Part shown: piece by piece, positions 44,391 through 57,966 of the stretch
How positions within the stretch are numbered: the stretch's first letter is position 1
Layout: each line of letters begins with the position of its first letter
Origin: Octopus vulgaris
Lineage: Eukaryota
Direction: 5' to 3'
Assembly: GCA_951406725.2 (NCBI GenBank)
Contig: OX597827.1
Span: 77,624,001 to 77,688,000, forward strand
Length of the DNA: 64,000 bases
Notes under the pieces: model-generated
The model's input: only the letters and a program-made list of their open reading frames with translations
Database searches by the model: none
What the model was told of the DNA's origin: nothing
Position numbers and translations under genes: made by a program

Positions 44391-46699
44391 TCAGTTGATA
44401 TTTCGGCGCCAAAATCCGTGTTAACCCTATAACTTTCTCCTCCATACACCAACAAAAATTTCTAACCTGCATTAAATTCACTTTTATCTTTGTCTCATTA
44501 AATCTCCACAAATAATGTTTAGCTTTTATTTGCAACTGAATAAAATATTTATGAACATAATTAATGTTTTGTTTTCCCTTGTGGTTTTTATTTAATTTTA
44601 TTGTATCTAGAATTCTCAAGTTTTATCTAGAAAGGAAAAAAACAAATTGAAAGATTAAAATACTGTTGTTAGTTACACGGGGAGAAATTTTGCTATTTCA
44701 GATATGTTCAACAATTGTTAATTTGGTTTAGAAAAATATTTTTCAGATTTAATATTAGTAAGTCAAAGCTCTTCCATGGAACCTAAACTTAAATACTATC
44801 CAACATCAGTTAATTTTATAAGAAAAATGCCATTTTGTCCCTGAACCCTCTCCTGGTGTTTCGGGTACTTTAAGAAATAACGGACTGCTGGCGTTAATTC
44901 TAATATCTGTCCTACAAACGTAGTTTTTTCCGGAAAGATTTGTTTCAATCATACGAGTACATAAAAAAAAATCGAATGCCATTTTCGACCTTGTAACCAA
45001 AATGTAGGATTAAGGAACTTAGAAATTTCTGTGAAAGTGGGTGGGCTCCTTTTGCGGGGATCCTGAAGAATGTCTTGGCAGAAACGTTATAACATCGGAC
45101 AAACTGCTTCGTGGTATTTAGTTACGGCCCTTTACGCTCCGAGTTCAAATCTCGCCGAAGTCACCTTTGCTTTTCATCCTTTACGGGTCGATAAACAGAA
45201 GCACCAGTCAATTACTGATGTTTAATGTTTCTACAAAACATCCTAAATGTAAATGTGATTAATAACAAGAGACTGGTCTCTGCATAAGATTTATTTGCGC
45301 TTAAACACGAGAACACAAATTTATATAAAACGGAAGAGATCGCGAGGTTGTGGCAGTCATGGCTTTCTGGGGGCTATTAGGGAACTTTCAAGCGGGGTGG
45401 GTGGGCAAGGAGTATAATTAACTGGAACTTTATAGACGGTGTAAAGGGAACAATTTCACCGCTGCTTAGGTGTCTGTCTGTGCGTCCTACTTTATCTGCC
45501 CACGTATGTTTTCGAATGTGTTCAAAATAATAAGAGCAAACGTTACGCTTTTCCAAAGTTAGGTTTGAGACAGAAAGAAAGAGAGAGAGAGAGCAAGCGA
45601 GGGGACGGTCAGAGAGAAATCAGAGCTGAATCTGTCCCGAGCAAGGAATAGAAGAAGAGCCTTGAGGTGGGGGGGCGGCAGAGACTATCATCCACCCCGG
45701 GTGGAGATGAGAGAGCGCGCGCACGAGAAAGAGAAAGAGAGAGAGAGACTAACTATGATGAATGTAAACGGACAGACTGCGACATTGGTATGAAACAGCG
45801 GAGATAAGGTAAGAGATCAGAACAGACAAGACTTATATATTTACACACATCGCACCATCACCATCACCACCAACAGCATCATCATCTTTACATGAGCCAA
45901 CGAGGCGGGGGGGGGGGCTGTATGCAGTTGCTCGATTTACGAGAAACGGTAGCCAAATTCTCTCGAAAAATCATACCCCACAGTCTTAAAAATAAGAAGG
46001 ACACATCGGCCAGTGTAGTCGTAGACGGGATGGTCATGGTTGTTACACCTTTAATTATTAAGGTCTGCTTAATTAGTCTTCATCTTGGACAACAACACAC
46101 CTACATATTGTCTTTTGTTGATCTGAGATAGAAGAGATCACGGGTTCACACATTAAACTTGACTGTCATCTGTTGTCTATAAGGTTACTACTACTACTAC
46201 TACTACTATTATGATTGATGTGTTTCATGTTCTTATTGATAGCATTATTATTACTACTACTACTCTAATTACGATTAGCAAGCCTGTACCTAATGACTCC
46301 GATTGCTAGAAACAGCAACTAAATCTCTTAGTCTTCCTAAAACAAAAAGGAAATATTATAATGTGTCGAGAGGGGGGGCATAAAAAAAGGCGGGATGGTC
46401 AAAGCGAAACGATTATGATCATTATAGGTTGACGCGATCACAGTTAGCCTAGGGTTAAACAATAGCAACAATTAACCATGTAGTCCTTCACGCCTCTTCT
46501 AGTTCAAGTTTATCGTCATTATATACATCGTGTATGTATATTATATATATACTCACGCACTATACTCATATATTCTACATGACATGTGTCTGTTCAATGG
46601 AAGATCTTATAATTTCTCCCCCGCCCCGTATCCATTATTGATGATATTTTGATTGCTTCCTTCCTCGCTACATACGTGAGATCCAAAAAGGGACCCATT

Positions 46700-46915
46700 T
46701 CGTGGTTGCGAGACCTGTTAGAAATAACAACCAAACACTCCCTCAAATCACGCTCTGTCTTTAAGAAGAAGAAAAAAAGCGAGCAGACACGTTAGATTAA
46801 TGTAATAATCTTAGACACCCGTTTTCCCTCCCAAAAGATGGGATGGCCACGGTCACAGCTGGAAGGCATTTTTAATCATAGGTCTATTTGATCCAAGATG
46901 ACTTCGGAGTTAAAG
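46700..46915 (+). repeat. Old unclassified interspersed repeat (representative copy)
   Basis: Motifs tgttagaaatagca.ccaaa..tccctcaaatcac ... ggatgg.cac.gctggaa.gc.ttt.atcatag. They recur at about 3020-3300, 4920-5070(-), 26800-26990(-), 29690-29830(-), 33285-33420, 42540-42690, 45920-46090, 46290-46460, 47850-48040(-) and 53200-53380(-). Confidence 0.65.
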
Positions 46916-48107
46916 AACACCAACATCCATCCATCCATCCATTCGCAGAGGCAACAATTTGTTCACCCTTCACCCACTTGACAGATTTTCCCATGTTTTG
47001 TATTATAATTTCCACCTTGTAATCTAATTGTAAATAATGTTTATTATATGTTACACTTCATCTTCTACGTCCCCATGCTTAGATAAGGAATAATAATAGC
47101 TATTATTATTATTATTATTATTATCATTATTATTGTTATTATTATAGAGCTGGCGGAATGGTTAAGCGCGTCGTACAAAATGCTTAGTCGCATTTCTTTT
47201 GCCTTTCGTCCTCTCGGGGGTCGATCAGTTCAGTACCAGTTGAACACTGGAGTCGAAGAAGCAATCGATTAACTCATGTCCCCACCCCCCTACAGACTGC
47301 TGCTGGCCTTGTGCCAAAAAATTAAAAAAGAATTATTATTATTATTATTATTAGTGTGACCTTCATAAAAGCATGGACGTTAAAACGTTCTCGATTCTTT
47401 AGAAATCTTAAGGCCTCGTGTCTATAAGCTTACACGATCGTCATTATGATTTTGTATGTGTATGTATGTATGTATATATGTGTATGTGTGTGTGTGTGTG
47501 TGTGGAAAGGAAGGAATCGTTGGGGTGGGGGTATGCAGGGACATGAAGACGAATGGGAAGAAGAAAAAGGCGGAAAATTGTCAATTAGAGAACCTGCTGT
47601 GTATGTGTGTGTGTGTGTGTGTGTGGTTCTACTTTCTTGCTGATCTAACACATTCCTTCACCTCTTCCTCTCATAGCACACACACACACACACACACACA
47701 TACACATACTCACGAACACACACGCATGCACCACACACACACACACACAAGCGCGCCTATTAATGAATTGCTGTAGGTGAATGTTTTAATAACAGACTTG
47801 TAGTTAACCACACATAAACATACGCTCGCACACACACTTATATACGTTTAGAGCTAACTCAGCCCTGATTGTGTTCATCTATGATCGAAGCCGTTCCAGC
47901 CATGATCATCCTGTTTTTTTCAAATTTTATTTATTTATTTATTTATTTTTGTATATCGTTTCTCTATGGACCCTTTCCTTTTTGCGATGATAGGATGCAT
48001 GTGAAATAAATTGGTTGCTATTTCTAACAGGTCGGTCGACTACATTGAGCCTCCCTGATTGGCTCGAACGCATACATACACACACACACGCATACACACA
48101 CACACAG

Positions 48108-48139
<32 letters not shown>

Positions 48140-48485
48140 GAGGTGGTAAGGGTGGAACCATTAATATAGCTTGTCTTTCTGAATGTCTTGTAAATAAATA
48201 TTTCCAGGCTCTTTGAGGTCACTTGTGTCACGTGTGGGATTTGTGCGTTTCTGTGTAAATCTTTTTTCTATCTATCAATGTGCCTGCCTATAAGACTCTC
48301 TCTATCGATCTGTCTGTATGTCTACTTATCGATCTCGTACGTCTCCTTGCGTCAATTTGTATCTCAGTACATCTGTCTGTCTTCGTACATAACTCCTATA
48401 CATCCACCACTTTTCTGTTTCTCCTCCATCCTTGTATATATATATATATGTGTGTGTTTGTATGTGTATATGTGTACGTATATAT

Positions 48486-48555
<70 letters not shown>

Positions 48556-50211
48556 TACACATACAAGCATGCATGCTTGTAAAATATGCATGCATGTATG
48601 TATGTATAAAATAGTGTTTTTCTTTACAATTCTATACTCATTGTATTAAGTAAATTTCATTTCATAAACGCGGCCATGCGCGTGTGACTATCAAACTCTG
48701 CTGTAGCATGGCCCGGTACGGTCGTAGCACAGTTCAACTGTAAACGGGGGCTCAGCCGCCCATCTGTAGCTCAACTCAACAGCTTGAGTCTGCCTCCAGT
48801 AACGCTAGCTTAACTTTTCCCACATGTTCAACATGGATCACATGTTGTTAGCCAACTGAGGTTGATACTAGATTTCGTTATTTAGTATTCGTTATTCATC
48901 AATTAACGTCATCTTTTCCCAACCCTGCATGGGTCAGACGGAATTTGTTCAGGCAGATTTTTCTACAGCTGGATGCTCTTCCTGTTGCTAACCCTCAGAC
49001 ATGTTTCCCACAAGACTGAAAACGTAACACATCACTTGTATGATGACGATGATGTTCATTCCCAGCAATGACATAGTGTAAGACTTCTTGTAAACACACG
49101 CACACACACATGATGGGCTTTTTTCAGCTGTGTGAAGACACATGGCTAAGTCGTTTGGATATTTGGCTCATGTTTGTGACGTTCTGAGTTCAATTCCCAG
49201 CAGCACATTGTATCCTTGGGCAAGATGTTTTATTTCTCATGGCTCCAGTCCCACTCAGGTGGCAAAAATGAGTTAGGCTTGTATCACAGACGACCGGCCA
49301 TGTCACACTCTGTGTCACACTGAATCTGTCAACTCTCATCACTGTAACTGACAAAAGGCCAGTTTTTTTCTTTGAGCTTGGTTTGGCCCAGACCTCTAGT
49401 AGAAGACACCTGCCAGGGGTGCCCACAGTGGATCTGAACCCAAGACCACATTGTTAGGAGGCAAGCTCCTTAACCACATGGCCAGGGTTCTATTTTTCTC
49501 ATTTCAAGTTGGAGAGGTGTAAGAAGTCAAGTGCAATAGAACGAGGCATAACAGGGTAGAATCGAGTGTTTGCTAAACATGATGATTGTGATCACACGGC
49601 CCACATGGATCTATGTGTACCAAATTCCATGCAGTACAAATCTTCCTGATAGATTGAATTCTGTTCTATATATCGTATTGAGAGTATATCTTTTTATGAA
49701 TTTGTGTGATGTTTCTCTGTCCGATACGTTCATTAATTCCTAGACTGTCAGTGCAAGGACAATGAAACCTAAACCAGCAACTCCCCTAATTCCAGGGAAT
49801 GTCCTAAAGAAGTAAATTTTTTTTAAGGGCTGCCTAATTGGAGCCCTGTTTTGACTGCATTTTAAACTAAATAAATGGCTTTGGAAACCAAATTGGAGCA
49901 ATGACAATGAATTTCATACCATGAACTCTTAGGGAGTATCGTAAGTAGGTTCAATTTCGGAAGGGTCGCTTAAATGGGGCTCCAGTGACCCCCTCTATTT
50001 TTACTGCATTTCCCTCGCTCCTACGTTTATTGATTATACTATGGTCACCATCAGTGCTTAGCACATTTGCAGAAATAAGTTTGGGCTTTCTAAATACATT
50101 CACGTACATTCAAATTGAGATAAAGAGTTATAACAGGTATGTTTCAGGTGTGGCAATGTGGGTATTTATATTTTGTAGTTTATGAAACTTATGTCTAGTG
50201 TATATATATAT

Positions 50212-50625
50212 AGTTGGAATTTACAAAAAAAAAAGAAAACGAAGATGGCTGTGTAAACAACAAACAGATGTATTAGTTTAACCCTTTAGTGTTTAAACTG
50301 GCCATATCCGGCCAAAATATTCTACCTATTTTATGTTCAAACTAGTCAGATATGGTCATTCATAGCTACCTTATTGTGTCATTTTAAAAATAAACAATCA
50401 CATCATTGAAATCTCAAAGCCATGAAATGATGCAAGATTAATTTTACATGGTGTGAATACATAAGCTTTACATTTGACAGAATAATCTGAATGCTAAAGG
50501 GTTAACACTTGGGAAGTGAGAAAGTCTTTTATATTTTGAGCCTATGCTCATCGACAGAAAGGAACACAGAAATAAACAGGGAGAGAAAATGAAAAATGTT
50601 TAGTGGCTAGCGATCAATCATGGCG
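50212..50625 (-). mobile_element. Penelope pseudo-LTR-like element with decayed hammerhead (50526-50561), interrupted by a MITE
   Basis: Minus strand CTTT-CTGTCGA-T-GAGC-atag-GCTC-AAAAT-ATA-AAAG. The halves rejoin across the TTAA TSD. Confidence 0.6.
50282..50501. mobile_element. piggyBac-type MITE, family A
   Basis: TTAA|CCCTTTAG ... CTAAAGGG|TTAA; it splits a pLTR-like element. Reverse copies lie at 52022-52242 and about 52724-52936. Confidence 0.85.
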
Positions 50626-51174
50626 ATATATATATATATGAAGGTGTATATTGTTACAAGTACTGTGTATATAGGAAAGATATATATATATACTGTAATC
50701 TATGCATTATGTTGAGGGTATATATATGAAGGTTGATAGTATTACTAGCAGCATGTATATGAGTGATATGTAGTGTAGGAGGGTGTATATGAGCTGCATA
50801 TCATTCCAGATTTCAAGTGTATATAAAGGATCAGACTGTATATAAAGAATGATGTAGATAGTGATGCCATTATCATCACCATTAACATCCATCTTCCATT
50901 CTGGCGTTGGTTGGATGGTTTGGCAGATTCCTACCGGTCCAAAGACTGCATCGTGTTCCAAGTGTCATGGTGTATGTGGCAGGAGGCCCTTCCTAACATC
51001 AACCATTTCACAGAGGGTACTGGGTGCTTTTCGCATGGCACCGGCGCTAGTGAGATCACCAAGTAACTCCCAACCCTGAAATCCTTTTCACCTGAGTGAG
51101 GGATACAATAGTGAAATAAGGGGTTAAAGTATAAGAAAATAGGGCCAGAGCAGAACAGGTTTCTTTCTTTTGAG

Positions 51175-51409
51175 CAGCGGTTCTCAACCAGTGTCCAGAT
51201 GACCCTTAGGGTCCACACAAGATTTTCTTGCTAAAACTTAGGTGCCATGAGTTGGTTTTACTTGTACTATGCTTAAAAATTCCTTGTAATATTTAATTAT
51301 GTAAATATTATAGAATTTTTTAAAATATCAAATGGCTATAAGGGTCCATCCAAGTAGAATAGAAATCAAAGGGTTTCAGAGGTGGAAAAAAAATGATTGC
51401 AAACCACTG
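51175..51409. mobile_element. hAT (Charlie-like) MITE
   Basis: TIRs CAGCGGTTCTCAACC and GATTGCAAACCACTG; degenerate 8-bp TSD cttttgag / cttcagag. Confidence 0.7.
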
Positions 51410-51560
51410 CTTCAGAGGAATTACATGGCTTCTCCCATTATAGAAGAATGGATAGGAATAACTGGGATGGAACTGGAAGCATGTGCAACAGTCTGTGCAG
51501 TACCAATGTATATACACAATGTTAGTTGATACATGTAATATATATCTACATGTGGTTTAA

Positions 51561-52017
51561 CCCTTTTGATACCAACTTGGCTGATTCCTCTGATATCTCT
51601 GGCTCTGAGTACAAATGTCTTGTTTACATAAGTTTTGAATTAAAATCTTCCACCAAACCTTAGTCACAATTTATGTTCCTAACACTAGCTGAATGATTAC
51701 AAAGTTATTATACTAAATTCTTTGTTATATTTAAAATTAATTGAAAGAAACACAGAGCATCTCAAAAGAAATATGGTAACAAAAGGGTTAAAATATATAA
51801 TAGAGAAACAATTCTTAACCCTTTTGATACCAACCTGGCTGAAACAGGTTCTGGCTCTGAAAGTTTTGAATTAAAAGCTTCCACCAAACTTTAGTCACAA
51901 TTTATGTTCCTAACACTAGCTTAATGATAACCAAGTTATTTTACTAAATTTTTTGTTATATTTAAAGTAATTGAAAGAAACACAGAGCATCTCAACAGAA
52001 ATACAGTAACGATAGGG
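51561..52017. mobile_element. Two piggyBac-type MITEs, family B (51561-51787 and 51819-52017)
   Basis: Each reads TTAA|CCCTTTTGATACC ... GTAAC.A.AGGG|TTAA. Partial copies lie at about 28537-28615 and 61538-61671. Confidence 0.85.
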
Positions 52018-55000
52018 TTAAACCTTTAGCATTTAGGATATTATGTCAAATGCTGCTATGCTTATTTGTTCATATTGTTTTGAATTAATCGTTCATTATC
52101 TTGTAGCTTTGAGAAATTGATGTGATTGTTTATTTTCAGAATGAAATTGTTGAGTAGGTGTGAGGGGCCTGATCTGGCCGCTTTGACCATAAAACAGATT
52201 GAATATTTGGGGCCTTATTTGGCTGGATTAAATGCCAAAGGGTTAAGGTGATCCATGTGGTCAGTGTTTGTACCCAAAACAGACTGGTCCATGTGGTAAG
52301 CATGTTTATGAGAGATTGGGTCATGAATTAGTAACTCGACAGCAACATGTTCTGCACATGTGTGAGTGAGAAAAAGGGTTAAACTGCTCCATGTATTCCA
52401 CTACATTTGGATATGGAAGAGAAAGAGTTGAAATGGCTTATATGCTACATGTGTGTATAAAAGGTAGTTAGACTTATCCACATGCTAAACATGTGTATAT
52501 ATGAGAGACAGACATAGAGAGAGAGAGAGAGAGAGATTGTGATAGATATATGACTTGATCCATGTACTACATGTGGGTATGAGAGAGAAATAGCTTGAGC
52601 AATTTACTACATGTGTGGACACAGTGTAAGTCATGTGATCTATGTACATGTGTCAGGAGGTTAAACCCGGTGTTAAATCCATTCACGTCTTGTCCATCAC
52701 TACAAAACGTCAGCCCTTGTTAAAGCCTTCAGCATTCAGGTTACTCCCTCAAATTTAATGTTCTTTTATTTACATTGCTTTGAATTAATCATGCGTTAAT
52801 CATGAGATTTTGATGATGTGGTTGTTTATTTTTAGAATCACATTGCAGGGCAGGTGTGAGAGTCTGAATCTGCCCATCGTGGACATAAAACTATAGAATA
52901 TTTAGGCCAGATACGAACTCTTTAGATACTAAAGGGTCAATGACCAAAGTTAAGCTATATTGGGTCTGTTTAGTATTGAAATGGGGCCAACTTCGGGGCA
53001 AACATGTTTTTCCTTTTTTTTTTTTTGTGGTGGCAGGGTTGATGCCCACAGTGTGGCTGGAACCAATACAACAATAGTTACAAATCTACCAGACTATAAC
53101 TGTACATGTCTAAAATCATGTGTGTGTATGAGAAAGAGAGACTGTGTGTGTGTGTGTGCATTGCATGCGTTGTTTTGCTCCAGATCTGCCACAATTAAAT
53201 AGATCTATGGTAAAAGACATCCCTCTCATGACCATCCAATCTTATTTTTATTTCAGATACTATGTATCTTGAAGCATATTATTCTAATGTGTTCTTCCTT
53301 TCTTTAACACAGTAGAGTGTGATGATTTGAGGGAGATTTGGTTACTATTTCTACCAATTTGAACCAGGACGTTGAGGCCCCATCCTTTTACATATGTGTG
53401 TGTGTGGGACGTTATGTGTTTTGGCAATTTCTCTGTAAAACATTCATGACAATTTGATCTAATGCTAAACCTTTTCTCGGGGCTAGAGGGGTCAGTTTTA
53501 TAGGGATCAGTAAGTCAGCCACTGTGTATCACTACGGTTAGTTTTATTATTAAGACAAAGTGTCCAAGTCAGATCAGGTATTGTAATACTTAGGACGTGA
53601 GTTCAATCCTACAGCTAGTGTTTTGCTGTTTCTGGACAGAACGTTATATTCTATGTCACCACAGTTTCTGTAACTATCTGGGGGAATGGGTAATACCAGT
53701 GCTATATTAAGGCATGGACATACAGGGTAGTTGTTCGTGGGTTTCATAGGATTAGGGGCCTGATGCTAATCGATGTATGTTGTGGTTGTGTATTCTGTTA
53801 AGGTGACCCTGGTAGGTAACAGATTGTCTGGTATAGCTTGATGTGCTATCCAGGTGAAGTTTTTTATCTTATATCCACCTTGCCCCATAAAACTGGAGCT
53901 AAGCATTGAGTCCTTAACTGCTCTGAAAATTGAGCAGTGGTAAGATTTGAACCCAGAGCCTTGACTGGGGAGACAACTATTTACTGTTTGACACTCTACC
54001 ATTTCTGCCAACTCACTGAGATAATTGAAAGATCTAATATTGATTTCTAATATTGGTGCAGGGCAACATATTGTAGGTGTCTCATCTACTAAATCAATTT
54101 CATCGTATATATATATATATATAAATATATTTATTTTTAAAAAATTTTATTTTCACAGTTGGTGAACAATAATATTGCTGGTTACTGGTATACTGTATTA
54201 AGAGTAATAAGGGAGTGTCTGTAACTTAGTGCAGAGTTAATATCATAGAGGACTTTGTTAAAAAAACACTAGTTTTACAATGTTTGCATACATCCTTCAC
54301 TGATTAACTTCAGAGAAAGATTTATATATATATATATCATAGTTTAACGTCCGTTTTCCGTGCTAGCATGAGTTGGACGGTTCGACTGGGGTCTGGGAAG
54401 CCAGAAGGCTGCACTAGGCTCCAATCTGATCTGGCAGAGTTTCTACAGCTGGATGCCCTTCCTAATGCCAACCACTCCGTGTGTGTAGTGGCTGCTTTTT
54501 ACGTACCACCGGCACAGGGGCCAGGGGAAACAGTGTTTCCTAGGGCTAGATAACTGTAGCATTCTTCCCTTTTACAGGACTAACACATTAAGTTGACAAC
54601 GTACTATCACTTTATCATCATCATCGTTTAGTGTCAGCTTTCCATGCTGGCATGGGTCAAACGGTTTGAATGAAACTGGTAAGCCGGAAAGCTGCAGCAA
54701 GTTCCAGTCTGATTTGGCACGGTTTCTATGACTGGATGCCCTTGCTAGTGCCAAATGCTCACCACAACAGAATCGATATCCTAAAACCAAGGTGCCACGT
54801 AAAGTGCATTGGTGTGGGTGCTGGTATCACATAAAACGCACCCTGTACACTATAAATTTGGTTGGCGTTAGGAAGGGCATCGGGGTGTAGAAACCAAGCG
54901 AAAACCAACGTTGGGACCTGGTGCGACCCCCAGCCTCGCCAGTTGCTGTGAAACCATCAGTATGGAAAACAGACGTTGAATGTCGACGATGTTGTTGTTA

Positions 55001-56244
55001 CACACACACACATTACAGATCCAGTTGTCTTCAACTATGGCTCCAGACTGACCAAGTCCTTGTGAGTGGACGTTGTAGATGGAAACTGAAAGAAGCCCAT
55101 CATATATGTATGTGTGTGTGTGTGTGTGTGTGTGTTTCTATGTATGTATGACTTTCTGTATCCTTGTCTTGATATCACATGATAATTATAGAATGATTTG
55201 TCGTTGTCATACAGCAAGTGTCCTTCATTTTCAATATTCTGCAAAACTACGTCTGGCCATCGGAAAATATTTCCTTGCCTGGAAATAAGCGAGGATCCTT
55301 GGCAACGGAAAATCTGCCTCCACAAAATCCGTCCAACACAAGCAAGCGTGGAAACTGGACATTAATACGCCGATATGTATGCATAATTATGCACACATAG
55401 AGATGAATTGGCCCAAAGACACTGTGAATATGGCCCCCCACTCCTTTCTAGTTTGGTAATAAACTCAAGGCAAGGGCGTTCAGCTGAAGATACTTCTCAA
55501 AATGAAATTGCGGATTGAGTTCGCGGCTGTCCCCCCCCCCTTCTAGGAGGGGCAGTAACTCTGTTTAAAATTTGATGGAGTAGTCAACCTCTCTAATATC
55601 TGGAGTATTCGAAGAAGATGAACTCCACAACTCGCTTCATGGGTCAAACCTCGTAGGAGGTCGGTGGGTCTGAATAAGAACTGATGCTGGGGGGGAAGAT
55701 GCTCGTCCTTTTAGTGATTTGCTTTCCTTCACTACATTGGCAGAACTTACAAATGACATGTGCACTTTGCAAGCTGCATCGCAAGTTACCCATCTAAGAG
55801 AGATGTTATTTCAAATATAAACAGAGGGAGACATTTTCTCTTCTCATAACTTTCCTTGCGCAAATAACATGGAAAAACTCAGCCAGTCTGCATTATTATA
55901 AGGCATTCGTGACAAAAGAGTTACCTGGTTTCCTTGGTGTGCAAGATGTTACAGGCAGTAATGCCCCATCCAACTCGGGCCTGTATGGAAAAACAGGTAT
56001 AAATGATAAGAATGATTATGGTATACAATGAGCTTCCATAAATTTTTGCTCGAATTCCAGTTCCTAAATATTGCTCAACCGGATGTTGTGGTATCAAGCA
56101 TTTATACTGGGATTTGCTTCCTGTTAATGGCCCCCCAAGGAAGGTGAAAAGCAAAGTTGATCTTGCCAAAATTTGAACTCAGACCATAAAGTATCATAAC
56201 TAAATAATCGATAGGCATTTTTTCCCACTGATATTCTAGGTTCA

Positions 56245-56768
56245 ATCTGTGTGGAGGGACCCTGTGGTAGAGGAAGACATGGGACAAGGTGGTGAAGCAT
56301 GATCTTCGAATGTTGGGCCTCACGGAGGCGATGACAAAATGACCAAGATCTTTGGTGGTATGCTGTGCTCGAGAAGACTCATCAAGCCACGTGAAATCAT
56401 AGTTGTGGACTATGCCAGTGTCATGTAAGTGGCACACGTGCCGCTGACACATGAAAGTACCTATGCCAGTGACACGTAAAAGCTCCTGTGCAGGTGACAC
56501 ATAAAACGCACCTCTGTCAGTGGCACATAAAGGCACACGTGCTGGTGGCACGTAAAGCACCCGTGCCAGTGGCACATGAAAGCACCCATGCTCGTGGCAC
56601 GTAAAAAGCACCCGTTACATTTCTTGACGTGATTGGTGTTAGGAAAGGCATCTGGCCATAGAGTCGATGCCAGATTAGACAGGAACTTGATGCAGCTCTC
56701 TGCCTTACCAGTTCCCGTCAAACTGTCCAACCCATGCCAGCATGGGAAGCAGATGCTAAATGATGATG
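56245..56768 (+). mobile_element. RTE-clade LINE 3' end with tandem-repeat 3' UTR and (GAT)n tail
   Basis: VEGTCGRGR..TWDKVVKHDLRMLGLTEAMT..DQDLWWYAVLEKTHQA, then repeated gtgccagtggcacgtaaaagcacc units, GGTGTTAGGAAAGGCATC, and CCAACCCATGCCAGCATGG...GATGATGATG. Confidence 0.8.
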
Positions 56769-57621
56769 TTTCTGCCAGCCATGACCCTCATGAAATAAAT
56801 CTCCCCAGTATATGACAGGTGCTACTTTCATCGATTTCAGAAGGAATGAAAGCCAGAGTTTAGTTCAACATGTAAAGGGACATAACTAAAGAGAGAATCT
56901 CATTTTTCCCAGCGTTTTACCAAGTCTTTGTTGTCCACCATTTGTTTTTTAAACTATTTCGTTGGGAAAAGTTTACTGCTCATTTAATGTTTGTTTTCTG
57001 TTTCTTTCTATTTTTAGGGCAGTTCCCTAAAGTCCCTCTGCCCCCCTACTCACATCCCTCGATGGTCCAATTGCTCTCACAATTATTGTGTACTGCCTAA
57101 CAACTCAATTTACAAGGTACGTATTAAAACAAATATCAACACCAACAGTAATTCTTTTAATTTACTTTCAGTGAAACTCCCTGGGGACAAGGAGTTGCCC
57201 CTGTGACTGATGGAAAAGAATTTATTCACAGACAGGAATCTTGGCTTTCATATTTGCAAGGAGCCTGGTGATCCAGGTGTTAAACTGGGCAGTGGATAGA
57301 AACCATTTCTCAGGAACAGAATCTGAATGAATGGACTTGCACACAATTTCTGTTGACCAATTTTCACACACAAGGCACTGGTCAGCCTAAAGTCACCAGA
57401 ATGCTGTGCAATGGGATTTAACAATATATGAGTATGCTAAGTGCCGGCGCCTTGATAAGATGTAGGCAGTTCTTTCTGTAATGGGTTTTATAATAGAAAG
57501 GGCATTCAAGTGAAAGAACCTTGTCAAAAAATGGAATGACCAGGTGAGGCATGAACGCCACAAGTTGCATTGTCAACTCACCATGTAAGAGCACAATAAT
57601 TCCACAGTTAGAGATTATTCT

Positions 57622-57966
57622 TTTTGTAGTAAAGATTGTTTGCCAACATAACATAGCAGTCCTGCTTTAGGAGTAATGTTGCTGTAATTTAGCCCCAGGA
57701 TACATCGTCTCCAGCTGGCTATATGTCACAATCTGTGTCCTTATATTTTTGTGTCTAATAGCCAGCTGGAGACGATGTCTCCCAGGGCTAAATTACAGCA
57801 ACATTACTCCTAAACCAGGACTGCCATAGCAAACAATCTTTACTATAAGGACACAGATTATGTTGTATAGCCAGCTGGGGACGATGTCTCCTGGGGCTAA
57901 ATTACAACAACATTCGTCCTAAACCAGGACTGCCATGTTATGTTGGCAAACAATCTTTACTCCAAA
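57622..57966. repeat. About 120-bp unit followed by two tandem inverted copies
   Basis: A 57622-57745; reverse complements A' 57759-57844 and A'' 57844-57966. Confidence 0.9.

Noticed and set aside
45063-45088. CTGAAGA...GAAACGTT hammerhead-like string
   Set aside because: The GGCAGAAACGTT part is the head of a Meta-type SINE, and there is no stem I.
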